Shown in pieces: positions 1 to 10,477 of a stretch of 64,000 nt of DNA; position 1 is the stretch's first letter; each line of letters opens with the position of its first letter. The DNA is from an uncultured Acidobacteriota bacterium (GTDB lineage Bacteria > Acidobacteriota > Vicinamibacteria > Vicinamibacterales > UBA8438). Both the position numbers and the translations under genes were made by a program. The stretch covers positions 32,001-96,000 of the forward strand of contig CAJWLU010000004.1 in assembly GCA_913043225.1 (NCBI GenBank), given 5' to 3'. The notes beneath the pieces are model-generated. The model saw only the letters and a program-made list of their open reading frames with translations. It ran no database searches and was not told the origin of the DNA.

Positions 1-276
1 AACAAGTACATGCACACACCACAGGGCGTGTTCGAGATGAAGTACTTCTTTCACAGCGGCATCAGTAGCGCCTACGGCGAAAGCGTCTCCTCCGTGAAGA
101 TCAAGCAACGAATACGTAAGATCATCCAGCAGGAGAATCCCCAGAAACCTCTGAGCGATTCCCGCATCCTGGGCATACTACAGGGCGAAGGCTTGGTGCT
201 TGCCCGTCGAACTATCGCCAAGTATCGCGAGGAGCTGAGAATTCCGACGTCGGGCCAGCGCAGAGTAATGTTCTGA
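1..276 (+). CDS. rpoN: RNA polymerase sigma-54 factor, C-terminal part (5' end outside the window)
   Basis: Frame open from base 1: NKYMHTPQGVFEMKYFF...PLSD...; RpoN box ARRTIAKYRE. Confidence 0.97.
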   Translation, partial: NKYMHTPQGVFEMKYFFHSGISSAYGESVSSVKIKQRIRKIIQQENPQKPLSDSRILGILQGEGLVLARRTIAKYREELRIPTSGQRRVMF

Positions 277-310
277 GGACCCCACCGACACCCTAGGGGA
301 AGTAGTTAAC

Positions 311-595
311 ATGGAATGTACCCTCACTGGACGAGGCCTGCGGATCACGACGGAGCTACGAGAACTCATCGACCGTCGTCTGCACCCACTGGAACGCGTC
401 TTCGGAAAAGCGCTGGCCTTTCCGGACAAGGGCCTGCACAGCCTAGCCGAGGGCGGCAACTGGCAGTCCGCCGGGGGGACTACCTGTAATAACGTCGTGT
501 ATCAGGAGCACAACCAAAACAGCGCATGGCAGGCATGCCGTTGCGGACCGACCCCGAACGCTCCCCAGCATAACGAGCTGCGACGCTCGATTTGA
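311..595 (+). pseudogene. hpf: Degenerate ribosome hibernation factor (HPF/RaiA) with apparent internal deletion
   Basis: Directly after rpoN; N-terminus LTGRGLRITTELRELIDRRLHPLER resembles HPF beta1-alpha1, middle strands appear missing, C-terminal half is divergent. Confidence 0.6.
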
Positions 596-605
596 TTCGC
601 CGCTG

Positions 606-1514
606 ATGACTGGCGTCCACCCCGAACCTGCGAACCCGAACAGTCGCAGCCCGCGCTTCGTTGTCGTCACCGGCCTCTCTGGCGCCGGAAAATCGGCCGC
701 CATACGAGCGCTGGAGGATCTGGGCTACCTGTGCGTCGACAACCTCCCGACGGTCCTTATTCCGACCCTCGCCGATCTAACCCTCGGAGACGGGGCCACC
801 TATGACGCGGTGGCGGTGGTGGTCGATGTGCGCGATCGATCGCTTCTCGATCAGTTCTCCGGGGTGTTCCAGTCGCTTCAGGCTCGCCAGAACCTGGGCA
901 CATGGCTCATCTTTCTCGAGGCATCCGACGGGGCGCTCCTCAGACGGTTCAGCGAAACTCGTCGACCGCATCCCCTGGCGCCAACCGCCTCGGTGATCGA
1001 GGGCATTCTGGCCGAACGTTCGCGTCTCCGGCCCATCAAGAAGATGGCCGACAAAGTGCTGGACACCTCCGATCTCACCGTGCATGAGTTACGGAGCGCC
1101 TTTAGGGAGTTGACCCAGGGAGACAGCAAGCAGACCCAACTGACCACAACCCTCCTTAGCTTCGGGTTCAAGTACGGCGTCCCAGTGGAAGCGGACCTCG
1201 TGCTGGATGTACGCTTCCTGCCAAATCCGTACTTCGTTCCCGACCTGCGACCATTGACCGGGAAAGAGCCGGCGGTTCGAGACTACGTCCTGGCCTCAGA
1301 GACGGCCGGACCTTTTCTCGACAAGACGACGGATCTGCTGCGATTCTTGATTCCCAACTACCAGGACGAAGGCAAGAGCTACTTGACGGTGGCCATCGGT
1401 TGCACCGGCGGGCGCCACCGATCAGTGGCCATCGTCAACGCGATACGCCCGCGAGTAAATGGCCTCGCCGGTATACGCTGGCGAACCAGGCACCGTGACG
1501 TGGCGATGGAGTAG
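606..1514 (+). CDS. rapZ: RNase adapter RapZ / YvcJ-family P-loop protein
   Basis: TGLSGAGKS, EDLGYLCVDNLP, RRFSETRRPHPL, SFGFKYG, DVRFLPNPY, GCTGGRHRSV. Confidence 0.96.
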   Translation: MTGVHPEPANPNSRSPRFVVVTGLSGAGKSAAIRALEDLGYLCVDNLPTVLIPTLADLTLGDGATYDAVAVVVDVRDRSLLDQFSGVFQSLQARQNLGTWLIFLEASDGALLRRFSETRRPHPLAPTASVIEGILAERSRLRPIKKMADKVLDTSDLTVHELRSAFRELTQGDSKQTQLTTTLLSFGFKYGVPVEADLVLDVRFLPNPYFVPDLRPLTGKEPAVRDYVLASETAGPFLDKTTDLLRFLIPNYQDEGKSYLTVAIGCTGGRHRSVAIVNAIRPRVNGLAGIRWRTRHRDVAME

Positions 1515-1521
1515 ATCAGCG

Positions 1522-1872
1522 ATGAAAGTCGATAAGCCCTGGGGATACGAATTGCGTTGGGCCCAGACCGACCGCTATGTCGGAAAAGTGATTCACGTGA
1601 ACGCGGGGCATGCCTTGAGCCTCCAGTACCACAAGGTCAAGGACGAGACCATCTTGCTCTGGAGCGGTCGCTTGCTGTTTGAGATCGGTGAAGGCAACGA
1701 GCGCGTGGAACGAGAGCTCGCCCCCGGGGAGGCGATCCACGTCACCCCGGGCACTGTCCATCGGATGACGGCCATCGAAGACTGCGATATCTTCGAGGTC
1801 TCAACGCCCGAACTGGACGACGTCGTACGGCTGGAAGACCGCTACGGCCGGAAAGGGACTAGTGCCCCCTAG
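1522..1872 (+). CDS. Cupin-domain protein (mannose-6-phosphate isomerase type II C-terminal-like)
   Basis: [40 protein letters not shown]; start moved to ATG 1522. Confidence 0.85.
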   Translation: MKVDKPWGYELRWAQTDRYVGKVIHVNAGHALSLQYHKVKDETILLWSGRLLFEIGEGNERVERELAPGEAIHVTPGTVHRMTAIEDCDIFEVSTPELDDVVRLEDRYGRKGTSAP

Positions 1873-2306
1873 AAGGGAATATCGTCTTCGGTGAGCTCGG
1901 GGGGGGCAGGGGCTGGTCCACTACTAGGAGATGAACTAGGGCGAGCGCCGTAATCGCCGCCACCGCCCTCACCTCGTCCGCCAAGGAGCACGATCCGATC
2001 GGCCCTGACCTCGGTCGTGTAACGGTCGTTGCCGTCCCGGTCCTGCCACTTTCGAGTCTGTAGCTTACCTTCGGCGTAGATCTGTCGCCCCTTCTTCAGG
2101 TAATCGTTCAGGGTCTCGGCCTGCTTGCCCCAGAGCACCACACGATGCCACTCGGTACGCTCCTGCCGCTCACCAGAGGTCTTGTCGTTCCAGACATCCG
2201 TAGTGGCGAGACTGATCGTGCTGACGGCCGCCCCACCCGGCGTGTAACGCACCTCAGCGTCTCGCCCTAGGTTGCCGACGATGATGACTTTATTGACAGT
2301 GCCCAT
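1869..2306 (-). CDS. ssb: Single-stranded DNA-binding protein
   Basis: [23 protein letters not shown]-terminal DDIPF. Confidence 0.98.
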   Translation of the reverse strand: MGTVNKVIIVGNLGRDAEVRYTPGGAAVSTISLATTDVWNDKTSGERQERTEWHRVVLWGKQAETLNDYLKKGRQIYAEGKLQTRKWQDRDGNDRYTTEVRADRIVLLGGRGEGGGGDYGARPSSSPSSGPAPAPPELTEDDIPF

Positions 2307-2335
2307 GCTGGTATCTGCTCTCGAGACTACGGCGG

Positions 2336-3184
2336 CTACTGCGACTGCCCGAGGCGGTCGAGCGCCTGCTGGGCAAGATTTGACATGTTGTGATCGGGAT
2401 GATTGCGGACCACCTGCTCAAACGCCTGGCGAGCCAGCTCCGATTCGCCCAGACGATCGAGGGCCAGCCCACGCTTGTAGAGCGCCTCGGCCACTGCATC
2501 CCCATCGGGGTAGTTCATCACGACCTGCTCGAAGGCGGATGCCGCCTCACGGTATCGGCCGTCGGCGTAGTGTGTCTGGCCGATGTAGAACTGCGCATCG
2601 TCAGCCAGCTCGGAGCGAGGAAAAGTGCCGATATAGGCCTCAAAACCCTGTACGGCCAGCGCCCACTGTCCGGTGGTGTAGTCGGCCCAGGCCTGGTCGT
2701 ACATCCGTTGTGGCGACACTCCCGGATTGACCGGAGCCACTGCGACCGGGGCCGGCACGGGCGACTCCACCGAAGTCGGAAGACCCGTTTCCGGATCGAT
2801 CGCCAGCTGGGTCACCTGGGGGAGCATCGGCGGAATAGCCAACCGAAGCGCCTCGAGCTCCTGCGACAAAGACGACACGCGCACGTTTGTCTCGTCCACC
2901 TTCTCACGAATCACCCGTACACCACCCGACAGGTTGTCCACCATCAGGCGCTGGTCGGCGAAAGCTCGACGAGCCGCATCATCCTGCTCGTCAAGTCTCG
3001 AAAGCAAGATCTGCAAGGTCTGGTCGAGGGTACCCAGCATCAGATGCAGGCGGTTGCCCTGTTCCTGCAGCATCCTGATGTCGGCCATCATCTGCTGATG
3101 CTCACGGTCAGCAGCCACCACCGGCAACCCCGCCACGAAGACGCAAACCACGCCGCATAGGAGGGAGGAAGACACACGTTTCAT
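2336..3184 (-). CDS. cpoB: Tol-Pal system TPR protein CpoB/YbgF
   Basis: Signal peptide, coiled coil, C-terminal TPRs ([17 protein letters not shown]); downstream of pal. Confidence 0.9.
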   Translation of the reverse strand: MKRVSSSLLCGVVCVFVAGLPVVAADREHQQMMADIRMLQEQGNRLHLMLGTLDQTLQILLSRLDEQDDAARRAFADQRLMVDNLSGGVRVIREKVDETNVRVSSLSQELEALRLAIPPMLPQVTQLAIDPETGLPTSVESPVPAPVAVAPVNPGVSPQRMYDQAWADYTTGQWALAVQGFEAYIGTFPRSELADDAQFYIGQTHYADGRYREAASAFEQVVMNYPDGDAVAEALYKRGLALDRLGESELARQAFEQVVRNHPDHNMSNLAQQALDRLGQSQ

Positions 3185-3258
3185 GGGACGTCCTTGGTTC
3201 CTGTACTCGGGGCGCTCGACGCCGCGCCCCTAATCCTACCCCGGCCAACCCGGGACTG

Positions 3259-3849
3259 CTACCTCGCCGTGATCACGAAATGGGCGCGGCGATTCGCCGC
3301 CCACGCGGTCTCGTTACTGTCGGGCTCGAACGGGAACTCCTTGCCATAGCTAACCGTCCGCACACGCTGAGGATCGACCCCAAGCTCGAGCAGATACTCG
3401 TGCGCCGCCAGGGCGCGGCGCTCGCCTAAGCCCAGGTTGTACTCGGGGGTTCCCCGCTCATCACAATGGCCTTCGATAGTAATCACCCAGCTGGGGTACC
3501 GCTGAAGCACCTCCACGTTCACCTCGACCGTCCGACGCGCCCGGGCGTCGAGGTCCGAGCTGTCCAACCCGAAGAACACCGGCTCAAGCGGCGAATCACG
3601 ATTGAGCTCCTCCAGAGTGCGTGACGCGAATTCCTCGTCCGGCGTCAATCCCAGCGGAAGATCAGGCGGCGGCGCCGGCGGGGGCGGTGAAGGAGCCGAC
3701 TCCGGCGCCGGCGTGCGCGTCGTTGGCGGCGGGGGCGTGGTCTCCGGCGACACTGGAGGAGGCTCGCGCACGCAGGCGACCTGGAGGCACGCGATTCCGG
3801 TGACCAAGACCACGGTCCGCATTAACGAACGACTCGCTAAACCCTGCAT
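3259..3849 (-). CDS. pal: Peptidoglycan-associated lipoprotein Pal
   Basis: Lipobox-like QVAC, Pro-rich linker, IEGHCDERGTPEYNLGLGERRA, SYGKE, NRRA. Confidence 0.95.
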   Translation of the reverse strand: MQGLASRSLMRTVVLVTGIACLQVACVREPPPVSPETTPPPPTTRTPAPESAPSPPPPAPPPDLPLGLTPDEEFASRTLEELNRDSPLEPVFFGLDSSDLDARARRTVEVNVEVLQRYPSWVITIEGHCDERGTPEYNLGLGERRALAAHEYLLELGVDPQRVRTVSYGKEFPFEPDSNETAWAANRRAHFVITAR

Positions 3850-3890
3850 TCCCGCTCCTCCCCCTGTCTGCGCCCGGCGCCCGCCCAGGG

Positions 3891-5273
3891 CTACTTCGAC
3901 CAGGCCGGCATCTCGTTGTTGCCAACCGAAGTAAGCCGGCGAAGTCCGTTGCCATCGCGACCGATAGTGTAAATCTGCTTCATGCCGCTGCCACGGGTCG
4001 ACGTAAAGGCAACATGACGACCGTTGGGTGAATAGCTCGGGCTCTCGTTCGATCCAAGGCCGAAGGTCAGCTGCCGCACTTCGTTAGTGGCCAACTCCAG
4101 CACCTTGATGTCGTGGCCGGGCCCCGTCCGTGATGAGTAGGCGATCTCATTGTAGGGTGCCGGCGACCAAGTCGGCCGGTCGCAGTAGGACTCGTAGGTG
4201 AGCCGACGTAACCCGGTCCCGTCGGCGCCGATAACGTACACCTGTGGCGCGCCGCTGCGATCCGAGACGAACGCGATTTGCTGGCCATTCGGAGACCAGG
4301 TCGGACTAGTATCGATCGCCGGGTTGTTGGTCAGCCGACGCACGCTCGTCCCATCTACGTTCGCCACCCAGACGTCGTTGTTGTCGTCGCGGTTGGTATT
4401 AAACGCGATCTGGGATCCGTCCGGAGAGAAGGCTGGCAGCGAATTATGCACTGCGGTCGTCCCGTCGGCAGGCTTGCTCATCCGCCCCTCGAACATGTGT
4501 GAAACGATGACATCAGGAAAACCCGTAAGGTAGGAGGTATAGGCGATCGACCGACCGTCTGGCGACCAAGACGGGAACAAATTAAGTACCCGGGAGACCG
4601 TCACCCGGCGTTGATTCGCGCCGTCGTAGTCCGCGAGATAGATCTCCTTCACGGGACGATTCTCGACTAACCCCAGCACAGTATCGCTGTCACGATCACT
4701 CACAAAGGCGATCCGACTCCGCGCGACACCTTCCAGGCCCCGCTGGTGACGGTGCAGCTCGTCGGACAGCTGATGGGCATAGCGCCGCAGGTTATTCATG
4801 GTCCCGCTGTAAACGACGCCCCAGGCGGACTCAAGCGACCGCACCGAGAACAGCCGGGCCGTAATCTCGATCTGATTGGCGCCGGCAGACTCGACCGTAC
4901 AGCTGACCACGCCATCCGCCCCGAGTTCCCTCCACTGATCAAAGGGCAGATCGATCAGGGAACGGGCTGTCGGAATGGTGCGATAGACATCCCGCGCGAT
5001 CATGCGGAACTCCCGCTCGAAGTCCAGATCGTCCCACAGCACCTGCGCGATGATGCGGGCCGCCTCGGCCGTCGTCTCGTCTGGAGAAAGCGCTAGGCAG
5101 TCGGGCACGGCGAAGCTCGGCGGGCTGCCAATGCGATCGCCGATGATGAGACTAACCTCGTCCCGTTGGCGGTTCTGAGCGGCTGGAGCTGCGCCGATCA
5201 GTAGTGCCAGACTGGCAACTAGGCCAGCACCGAGCACAAAACGTGGGGTTGTGATCGTCATCGCAGAACTCAA
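3891..5273 (-). CDS. tolB: Tol-Pal beta-propeller protein TolB
   Basis: Repeated P.WSPDG (PD40) units, IAFVSDR, DYDGANQRR. Confidence 0.93.
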   Translation of the reverse strand: MSSAMTITTPRFVLGAGLVASLALLIGAAPAAQNRQRDEVSLIIGDRIGSPPSFAVPDCLALSPDETTAEAARIIAQVLWDDLDFEREFRMIARDVYRTIPTARSLIDLPFDQWRELGADGVVSCTVESAGANQIEITARLFSVRSLESAWGVVYSGTMNNLRRYAHQLSDELHRHQRGLEGVARSRIAFVSDRDSDTVLGLVENRPVKEIYLADYDGANQRRVTVSRVLNLFPSWSPDGRSIAYTSYLTGFPDVIVSHMFEGRMSKPADGTTAVHNSLPAFSPDGSQIAFNTNRDDNNDVWVANVDGTSVRRLTNNPAIDTSPTWSPNGQQIAFVSDRSGAPQVYVIGADGTGLRRLTYESYCDRPTWSPAPYNEIAYSSRTGPGHDIKVLELATNEVRQLTFGLGSNESPSYSPNGRHVAFTSTRGSGMKQIYTIGRDGNGLRRLTSVGNNEMPAWSK

Positions 5274-6058
5274 CGTTCGTACTGGAAACTGAGGTGCACG
5301 GTGAGGTCGTTCTCTGGAAATCGAGACGGGAGCGGCGGCAACCGATCAATGAGCCGCAGGGCGCGCTCGGCGCTCTGGTCGAGAGCAAAATAGCCGCTGG
5401 TCGTCTCACGCTCGATACCGATGAGGCTACCATCCCTCTCGATGGTGAACTTCATCATCAACCCTCCTGTATACCCCTGCCGGTGGTTCCAGTTGCGCCG
5501 GATCAGCTCCATCATAGTGCTCAGATACTCGGGGCAGCAGAAGTCGCCCACTTCCAAGTATCCCGCACCGCCGAGGCCACCCGCCGATAAACCGAGCCCC
5601 CCGCCGGTCGACCCGGTCTCTGCCAGCGCGTTACCCTCGCGCAACTCCGGCCCCCGAGTCGGCATCCTTCCGCGCGACTCCTCGGGCGCACTCTCCGACG
5701 GCACATCCCGCTCGGGCCGTCTCGGCGCCTCAGGCTCTGGAATCGTCATTTCCGGCGGCTCTGGCGTGGGAGGCTGAATCCACTGGTCCTGGTCCGCTTC
5801 TTGGAGCGGGATCACCTCCTGCACCGGCCGCGCCGCCAGCGCCGTCTGTCCCCCCAGACTCGGACCGGCAGGCCCCCCCAGACTGATGGTCATGACCTCG
5901 TCGAGGTCGTCGGTGCCACTTGCGTCGAGGAAGCCGACGGGAAAGAACACGACGAGGGCGATCACCACTCCATGTCCGCCCAGCGAGATCCCCAGGGTGC
6001 GGACGAGATCGTCGTCGCGCTTGGCCCGTTCCCGCAGGATATCGGTGGTGGACTCCAT
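5270..6058 (-). CDS. TolA/TonB-family energy transducer
   Basis: N-terminal TM with S...H motif (SLGGH), Pro-rich linker, TonB-C-like end (FTIERDG, SG...LDQSA, LPPLP); start at MESTT. Confidence 0.85.
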   Translation of the reverse strand: MESTTDILRERAKRDDDLVRTLGISLGGHGVVIALVVFFPVGFLDASGTDDLDEVMTISLGGPAGPSLGGQTALAARPVQEVIPLQEADQDQWIQPPTPEPPEMTIPEPEAPRRPERDVPSESAPEESRGRMPTRGPELREGNALAETGSTGGGLGLSAGGLGGAGYLEVGDFCCPEYLSTMMELIRRNWNHRQGYTGGLMMKFTIERDGSLIGIERETTSGYFALDQSAERALRLIDRLPPLPSRFPENDLTVHLSFQYER

Positions 6059-6071
6059 AGGTAGTCGCGAG

Positions 6072-6539
6072 TTACCTGTCACTCGGAAACTCGGTGACCA
6101 GCCCCACGTTAGCAACGCCCCCGGCCTTCAATCGATCCATAACCGTCACCAGCTCCCGTACCCGGATGTCACCATCACTCCTGACGAAGACATCCCGCTC
6201 GGCGGCGTCTACCAGCTCCGAGCGCATACGCTCCTCGAGCATCTCGACCCGTACCTGTTCGTCGCCTACCTGCACGATGCGATCGATCTCGAAAGTAGCC
6301 GGAATCGTCACGAATAAACGCTCCGCCGCAATCGGGTCAGCGCGGCGAGCCTCAGGCAGCGCCACATCGAACCCCTGCTGCATCATCGGCGCCGCCACCA
6401 TGAAGATGATGAGCAGCACCAGCATGACATCAACGAGCGGGATCACGTTGATCTCGGAGAGCGACGTCGCCACCCGTCGACGGCCCCGGCGACTGCGCGA
6501 ACCGGTTGTATCAGCGCCCGCGTCCTGAATCTTCGGCAT
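6072..6539 (-). CDS. tolR: TolR/ExbD family protein
   Basis: EINVIPLVDVMLVLLIIFMV; context between tolQ and tolA-like gene. Confidence 0.92.
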   Translation of the reverse strand: MPKIQDAGADTTGSRSRRGRRRVATSLSEINVIPLVDVMLVLLIIFMVAAPMMQQGFDVALPEARRADPIAAERLFVTIPATFEIDRIVQVGDEQVRVEMLEERMRSELVDAAERDVFVRSDGDIRVRELVTVMDRLKAGGVANVGLVTEFPSDR

Positions 6540-6546
6540 GCCCGCC

Positions 6547-7305
6547 TCAGGTGAAGTTCCGCTCTGAGATGTTAAGGAATTCCAGCGAGAAGTCCTCCAT
6601 CGTCGACAGGTAGAGCTTCACCTTGTTCGTCAGATGATTGTAGAAGTAGACGGCCGGGATCGCAGCGGCCAGACCGGCCGCAGTGGCGATCAAGGCTTCG
6701 CCGATTCCTGGCGCAACCACTGCCAAGCTGGTGGAGCCACTTTCGGCGATTCCAACAAAAGCGTCCACGATCCCCATCACCGTGCCAAACAACCCAATGA
6801 ACGGCGTGATGCTCGCAGTCGTGGCCAGCAGATGCACCCGATGCTCGAGTTTATTTGCCTCGACGGCCGAGGCCCTCAGGAGTGCCCGATCGAGCGCCTC
6901 AAAGCTCCGGAGAGTCGGACGCCCCTCCGACGGAGTCGCGCCGGCAGACTCGCCGCTCTGGCGTAGCTGCGCATTGAGTTCGGCGTAGCCAGCCTGAAAC
7001 ACGCCTACAAGCGGACTGTGAATCAGCGACCGGCAGACCGACTGCACCTCGGAAAACTTCGTGCTCCGTCGGAACACATCGAGAAAGCTCGAGGTTTGAC
7101 GCTCCAGTCGCCGATACTCCCACATCTTGCGGAGCGCGATAGCCCACGAGGCGACCGAGAAGAGCAGCAATATGAGGAGAACGGTCTTACTGAGAGGCGA
7201 CGAGCGGGCAACCCACTCGATGACGCTTCCGCCCAGACCAGCACCCGACGCGCCAACTGCCTCGCTCTGCAAGGCAATGGCGTAGTAACCAAGGGTAAGC
7301 ACCAA
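6547..7305 (-). CDS. tolQ: TolQ/ExbB/MotA proton channel protein
   Basis: TPFIGLFGTVMGI, VAPGIGEALIATAAGL.AAIPA; start placed at TTG 7305 (or GTG 7302) behind GGAGGGG. Confidence 0.92.
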   Translation of the reverse strand: MVLTLGYYAIALQSEAVGASGAGLGGSVIEWVARSSPLSKTVLLILLLFSVASWAIALRKMWEYRRLERQTSSFLDVFRRSTKFSEVQSVCRSLIHSPLVGVFQAGYAELNAQLRQSGESAGATPSEGRPTLRSFEALDRALLRASAVEANKLEHRVHLLATTASITPFIGLFGTVMGIVDAFVGIAESGSTSLAVVAPGIGEALIATAAGLAAAIPAVYFYNHLTNKVKLYLSTMEDFSLEFLNISERNFT

Positions 7306-7355
7306 CCCCCTCCGTTGACTACAAAGCGCGCCGCTGGGAAAGCGCCGACAAGAGA

Positions 7356-7385
7356 AGGGTAGCACGGACAAGAAACAGCTGTCAA
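7356..7385 (-). promoter_or_regulatory. Candidate sigma-70 promoter of tol-pal operon
   Basis: TTGACA-N18-TACCCT with TG extension on minus strand. Confidence 0.45.
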
Positions 7386-7429
7386 ACGTATGATACGATG
7401 GAACTTCCTGCCTTTAGGGGTTCCTTCGC

Positions 7430-9058
7430 ATGATCCGGTTCCTGAGCATCAGAGACCTCGCTGTCATCGACCGATTGGAGCTCGATCTGAACCGAGGCTT
7501 CACCGTGCTCACGGGTGAAACCGGCACCGGAAAGTCGATCGTCGTAGGTGCACTCAGCCTCCTCCGAGGGGGACGGGCCTCTGCCGATCTCGTGCGGACC
7601 GGCGCCACCAAGGCTGTCATCGAAGCCGCCGCCGAGCTGCCGGATGGAGAGGAACGGGTGCTGCGACGGGAGGTCTCGGCCCAGGGTCGCAGCCGGGCAT
7701 TCATAGACGACCGGCTCGTGCCCACTAGCTCGCTTCGAACCCTGGGCGCCTGCCTTCTCGATCTCCACGGACAGCACGAACACCAGGCCCTTGTCACCCC
7801 CGCGACGCACCTCGATCTCCTGGACGAATACGCGGCACTCGGCGATCTCAGATCTGCGGTTCGCAAGAGCTTTACCGACTGGGGGGAGGCGCGCGAGGCG
7901 CTGGACGAGGCGCGCCGACTAGCCGCGAGCCAGGCCGAACGAGCCGAGCTCGTAGCATTCGAGCTACGAGAGATCGACAAGGTCGACCCCGCTGACGGCG
8001 AAGACACGGACCTAGCGTCCGAGCGCCACCTATTGGCGAACGCGGACCGGATCCACCGTCTGGCCACCGAGATCTGCGCCGAGCTCTATGACGGCGACAA
8101 TGCGATCCTCGGACGACTCGATACCGTATGGAAACAACTGGACGAGCTGGCCGAGTTGGTCCCGTCCTTAGCCGCCCACAGGGACAGCCGGGACGCGGTA
8201 ATCTCGCAGCTCGAAGAAGTCGTTTTCGCCCTCCGTCCCTCGGCCAGCGGCATCGAAGCCTCGCCTGAGCGCCTACAGAACATCGAGGATCGCTTGGCTC
8301 AGCTCGAGCGGCTGAAGCGAAGCTTCGGACCGACCCTGGGCGACGTAATCGCACGTCGTCGCTCTCTCCGAGAAGAGACCACCGGACTCGACGGCCAGGT
8401 TGCCGCGGAGGAGACCTTGGTCGAGTGTGTGGCCGCCGCACGCGCGTCCTATCTCGCCGCGTCCAGGACGCTGTCCGAGCGTCGCCGCGGTCAAGCAACT
8501 ACGTTGGCCTCCACCCTTGAACGGGCGCTCGCCGAGTTGGCGATGCCGCAAACGCGGTTCACCGTTACTTTCAGCGAAGCAGAGGATGAATCTGGCTGGA
8601 CCGAGCGCGGCAGGGAAGGCGTCGAGTTCTACTTTTCGGCGAACCCTGGAGAAGAGCTGCGTCCCCTCGCTCGCATCGCCTCAGGTGGAGAGCTTTCACG
8701 GGTCATGCTCGCGCTTCGGACGCTTACAGCCGACGAAAAGTCCGGGCGAACGCTGGTCTTCGACGAAGTGGACGCAGGGATCGGTGGAGAAGCGGCCGAA
8801 CGGGTGGGGGCGAAGCTACGGGAGCTGGCTCGTTACTATCAGGTGTTGTGCGTAACCCATTTACCCCAAATTGCGGCGTGCGGCACCGACCACCATCGCG
8901 TGAGAAAGGCGGTCCGGGGTGGACGAACGACCACTACGGTCGATTCATTGAGCGATGACGAACGGGCCGCGGAGATCGCGCGCATGATGACTGGCACTCA
9001 GGTGTCCGGCAACGTGCTTGCGACTGCCAGAGAATTGCTGCAATCAAAGAGCGAATAA
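7430..9058 (+). CDS. recN: DNA repair protein RecN
   Basis: LTGETGTGKS, LHGQHEHQ, IASGGELSR, VFDEVDAGIGG, VTHLPQIAA. Confidence 0.97.
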   Translation: MIRFLSIRDLAVIDRLELDLNRGFTVLTGETGTGKSIVVGALSLLRGGRASADLVRTGATKAVIEAAAELPDGEERVLRREVSAQGRSRAFIDDRLVPTSSLRTLGACLLDLHGQHEHQALVTPATHLDLLDEYAALGDLRSAVRKSFTDWGEAREALDEARRLAASQAERAELVAFELREIDKVDPADGEDTDLASERHLLANADRIHRLATEICAELYDGDNAILGRLDTVWKQLDELAELVPSLAAHRDSRDAVISQLEEVVFALRPSASGIEASPERLQNIEDRLAQLERLKRSFGPTLGDVIARRRSLREETTGLDGQVAAEETLVECVAAARASYLAASRTLSERRRGQATTLASTLERALAELAMPQTRFTVTFSEAEDESGWTERGREGVEFYFSANPGEELRPLARIASGGELSRVMLALRTLTADEKSGRTLVFDEVDAGIGGEAAERVGAKLRELARYYQVLCVTHLPQIAACGTDHHRVRKAVRGGRTTTTVDSLSDDERAAEIARMMTGTQVSGNVLATARELLQSKSE

Positions 9059-9067
9059 AAAACGAAG

Positions 9068-10477
9068 ATGCCTAGGCAATACTTTATCGAGACGTTCGGC
9101 TGCCAGATGAACGTCCACGACTCTGAGCGCCTAGCCGGGCTGCTCGACCAGGCCGGCTACGAGCCCGCTAAATCGGCCGGCGAGGCGGATCTCGTCGTAA
9201 TCAATACCTGTAGTGTGCGAGAGCGCCCCGAGGAACGCCTCTACACCGAGCTCGGGATGGTGCCAAAAGGCGAGGGTGGCAATAGCCCGATCATCGCGGT
9301 CACCGGATGCGTGGCTCAACAGGAAGGTGACCGATTGCTCGAGCGGAGCAGCCGCGTGGATCTTGTGGTGGGCACACAGGCACTCTCCCGTCTTCCCGCC
9401 ATGGTCGAACAGCTTGAGGACGCCCGCTCATCCGGTCATCTTGAGCAGGCCCGCGGCGGCCGCACCCGCTCGGACCAACATGTCGAGCGCGTTGACGTTA
9501 ACCCCTACGACAATGTGTCGTTCCCGCTCGGGGTAACTCGCCGCTCGGATCCAGTCAAAGCGTCGATCACGATCATCGAGGGCTGTAACGATTTCTGCAG
9601 CTTCTGTGTCGTGCCCTACACCAGAGGACACGAACGGATGCGACCAGTGCGCGAGATCGCCGAGGAGGTCCGGCAAGCTGCAGGGGAGGGACACCTCGAG
9701 ATCCACCTACTTGGCCAGATCGTCAACCACTACCAGGCGCCAGACCAACCGCACTGTGACTTCGCCGGACTGCTCGAGCTCGTGCACGAGATAAACGGAG
9801 TCGAGCGCATCCGGTTCGCGAGTCCGCACCCACGACACGTCACCAAGCGGATGATCGGCGCCATGCGCGACCTGCCGAAGGTGTGCCGCCATCTTCACCT
9901 TCCGGTGCAGTCCGGTTCGACGGCCGTGCTCAAGCGCATGCGCCGCCGCCACACGCGAGAAGCCTACCTAGACCTCGTAGCCCGACTGCGCGACGCCGTC
10001 CAGGACCTGGCACTTTCGACCGACATGATCGTCGGCTTCCCCGGGGAGACCGACACCGACTTCGAAGAGACCATGAGCCTAGTGCGCGCCGTCGGCTACG
10101 AAAGCATGTTCTCGTTTAAGTACTCCGAGCGCCCAAACACGCTCGCGTCGAAACGCCAGCCCGATGACATACCAGCAACGGAGAAAACCCGACGAATCGT
10201 TAAACTCCAGGAGACGCAGAAGCGCATCCAGCAACAGCTCCACGCACGCCGCGTAGGGGCGGTCGAAGAAGTCCTGGTCGACTCGACGAGCCGTCGGCGA
10301 AGCTCAGAGCTCGCGGGCCGCACAACACGCAACACCGTCGTCAACTTCAGCGCCCCGGACAAACTATTGGGAACCGTGGTGCCCGTCCGCATCACTAATA
10401 GCGGTCCATTCAGTCTCAAAGGTAAGCTGGCGACGGCCGCTGAGCGGCAAGGAGCAGACCTATGCAGATCGAAATGA
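9068..10477 (+). CDS. miaB: tRNA methylthiotransferase MiaB
   Basis: TFGCQMNVHDSE, NTCSVRE, GCVAQ, CNDFCSFC radical SAM motif, C-terminal TRAM domain. Confidence 0.97.
   Translation: MPRQYFIETFGCQMNVHDSERLAGLLDQAGYEPAKSAGEADLVVINTCSVRERPEERLYTELGMVPKGEGGNSPIIAVTGCVAQQEGDRLLERSSRVDLVVGTQALSRLPAMVEQLEDARSSGHLEQARGGRTRSDQHVERVDVNPYDNVSFPLGVTRRSDPVKASITIIEGCNDFCSFCVVPYTRGHERMRPVREIAEEVRQAAGEGHLEIHLLGQIVNHYQAPDQPHCDFAGLLELVHEINGVERIRFASPHPRHVTKRMIGAMRDLPKVCRHLHLPVQSGSTAVLKRMRRRHTREAYLDLVARLRDAVQDLALSTDMIVGFPGETDTDFEETMSLVRAVGYESMFSFKYSERPNTLASKRQPDDIPATEKTRRIVKLQETQKRIQQQLHARRVGAVEEVLVDSTSRRRSSELAGRTTRNTVVNFSAPDKLLGTVVPVRITNSGPFSLKGKLATAAERQGADLCRSK

Noticed and set aside
1589..1604. parS-like TGATTCACGTGAACGC (and TTTCACGTG near 17761)
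   Set aside because: Only the core matches, outer arms are not palindromic, and the first is explained by the coding sequence VIHVN
3209..3230. GGGGCGC/GCGCCCC hairpin between pal and cpoB
   Set aside because: No U-tract and single copy; at most an mRNA-stabilising stem
7400..7425. GAAC...GTTC upstream of recN as an SOS box
   Set aside because: Spacing of 15 nt fits no LexA box I can support
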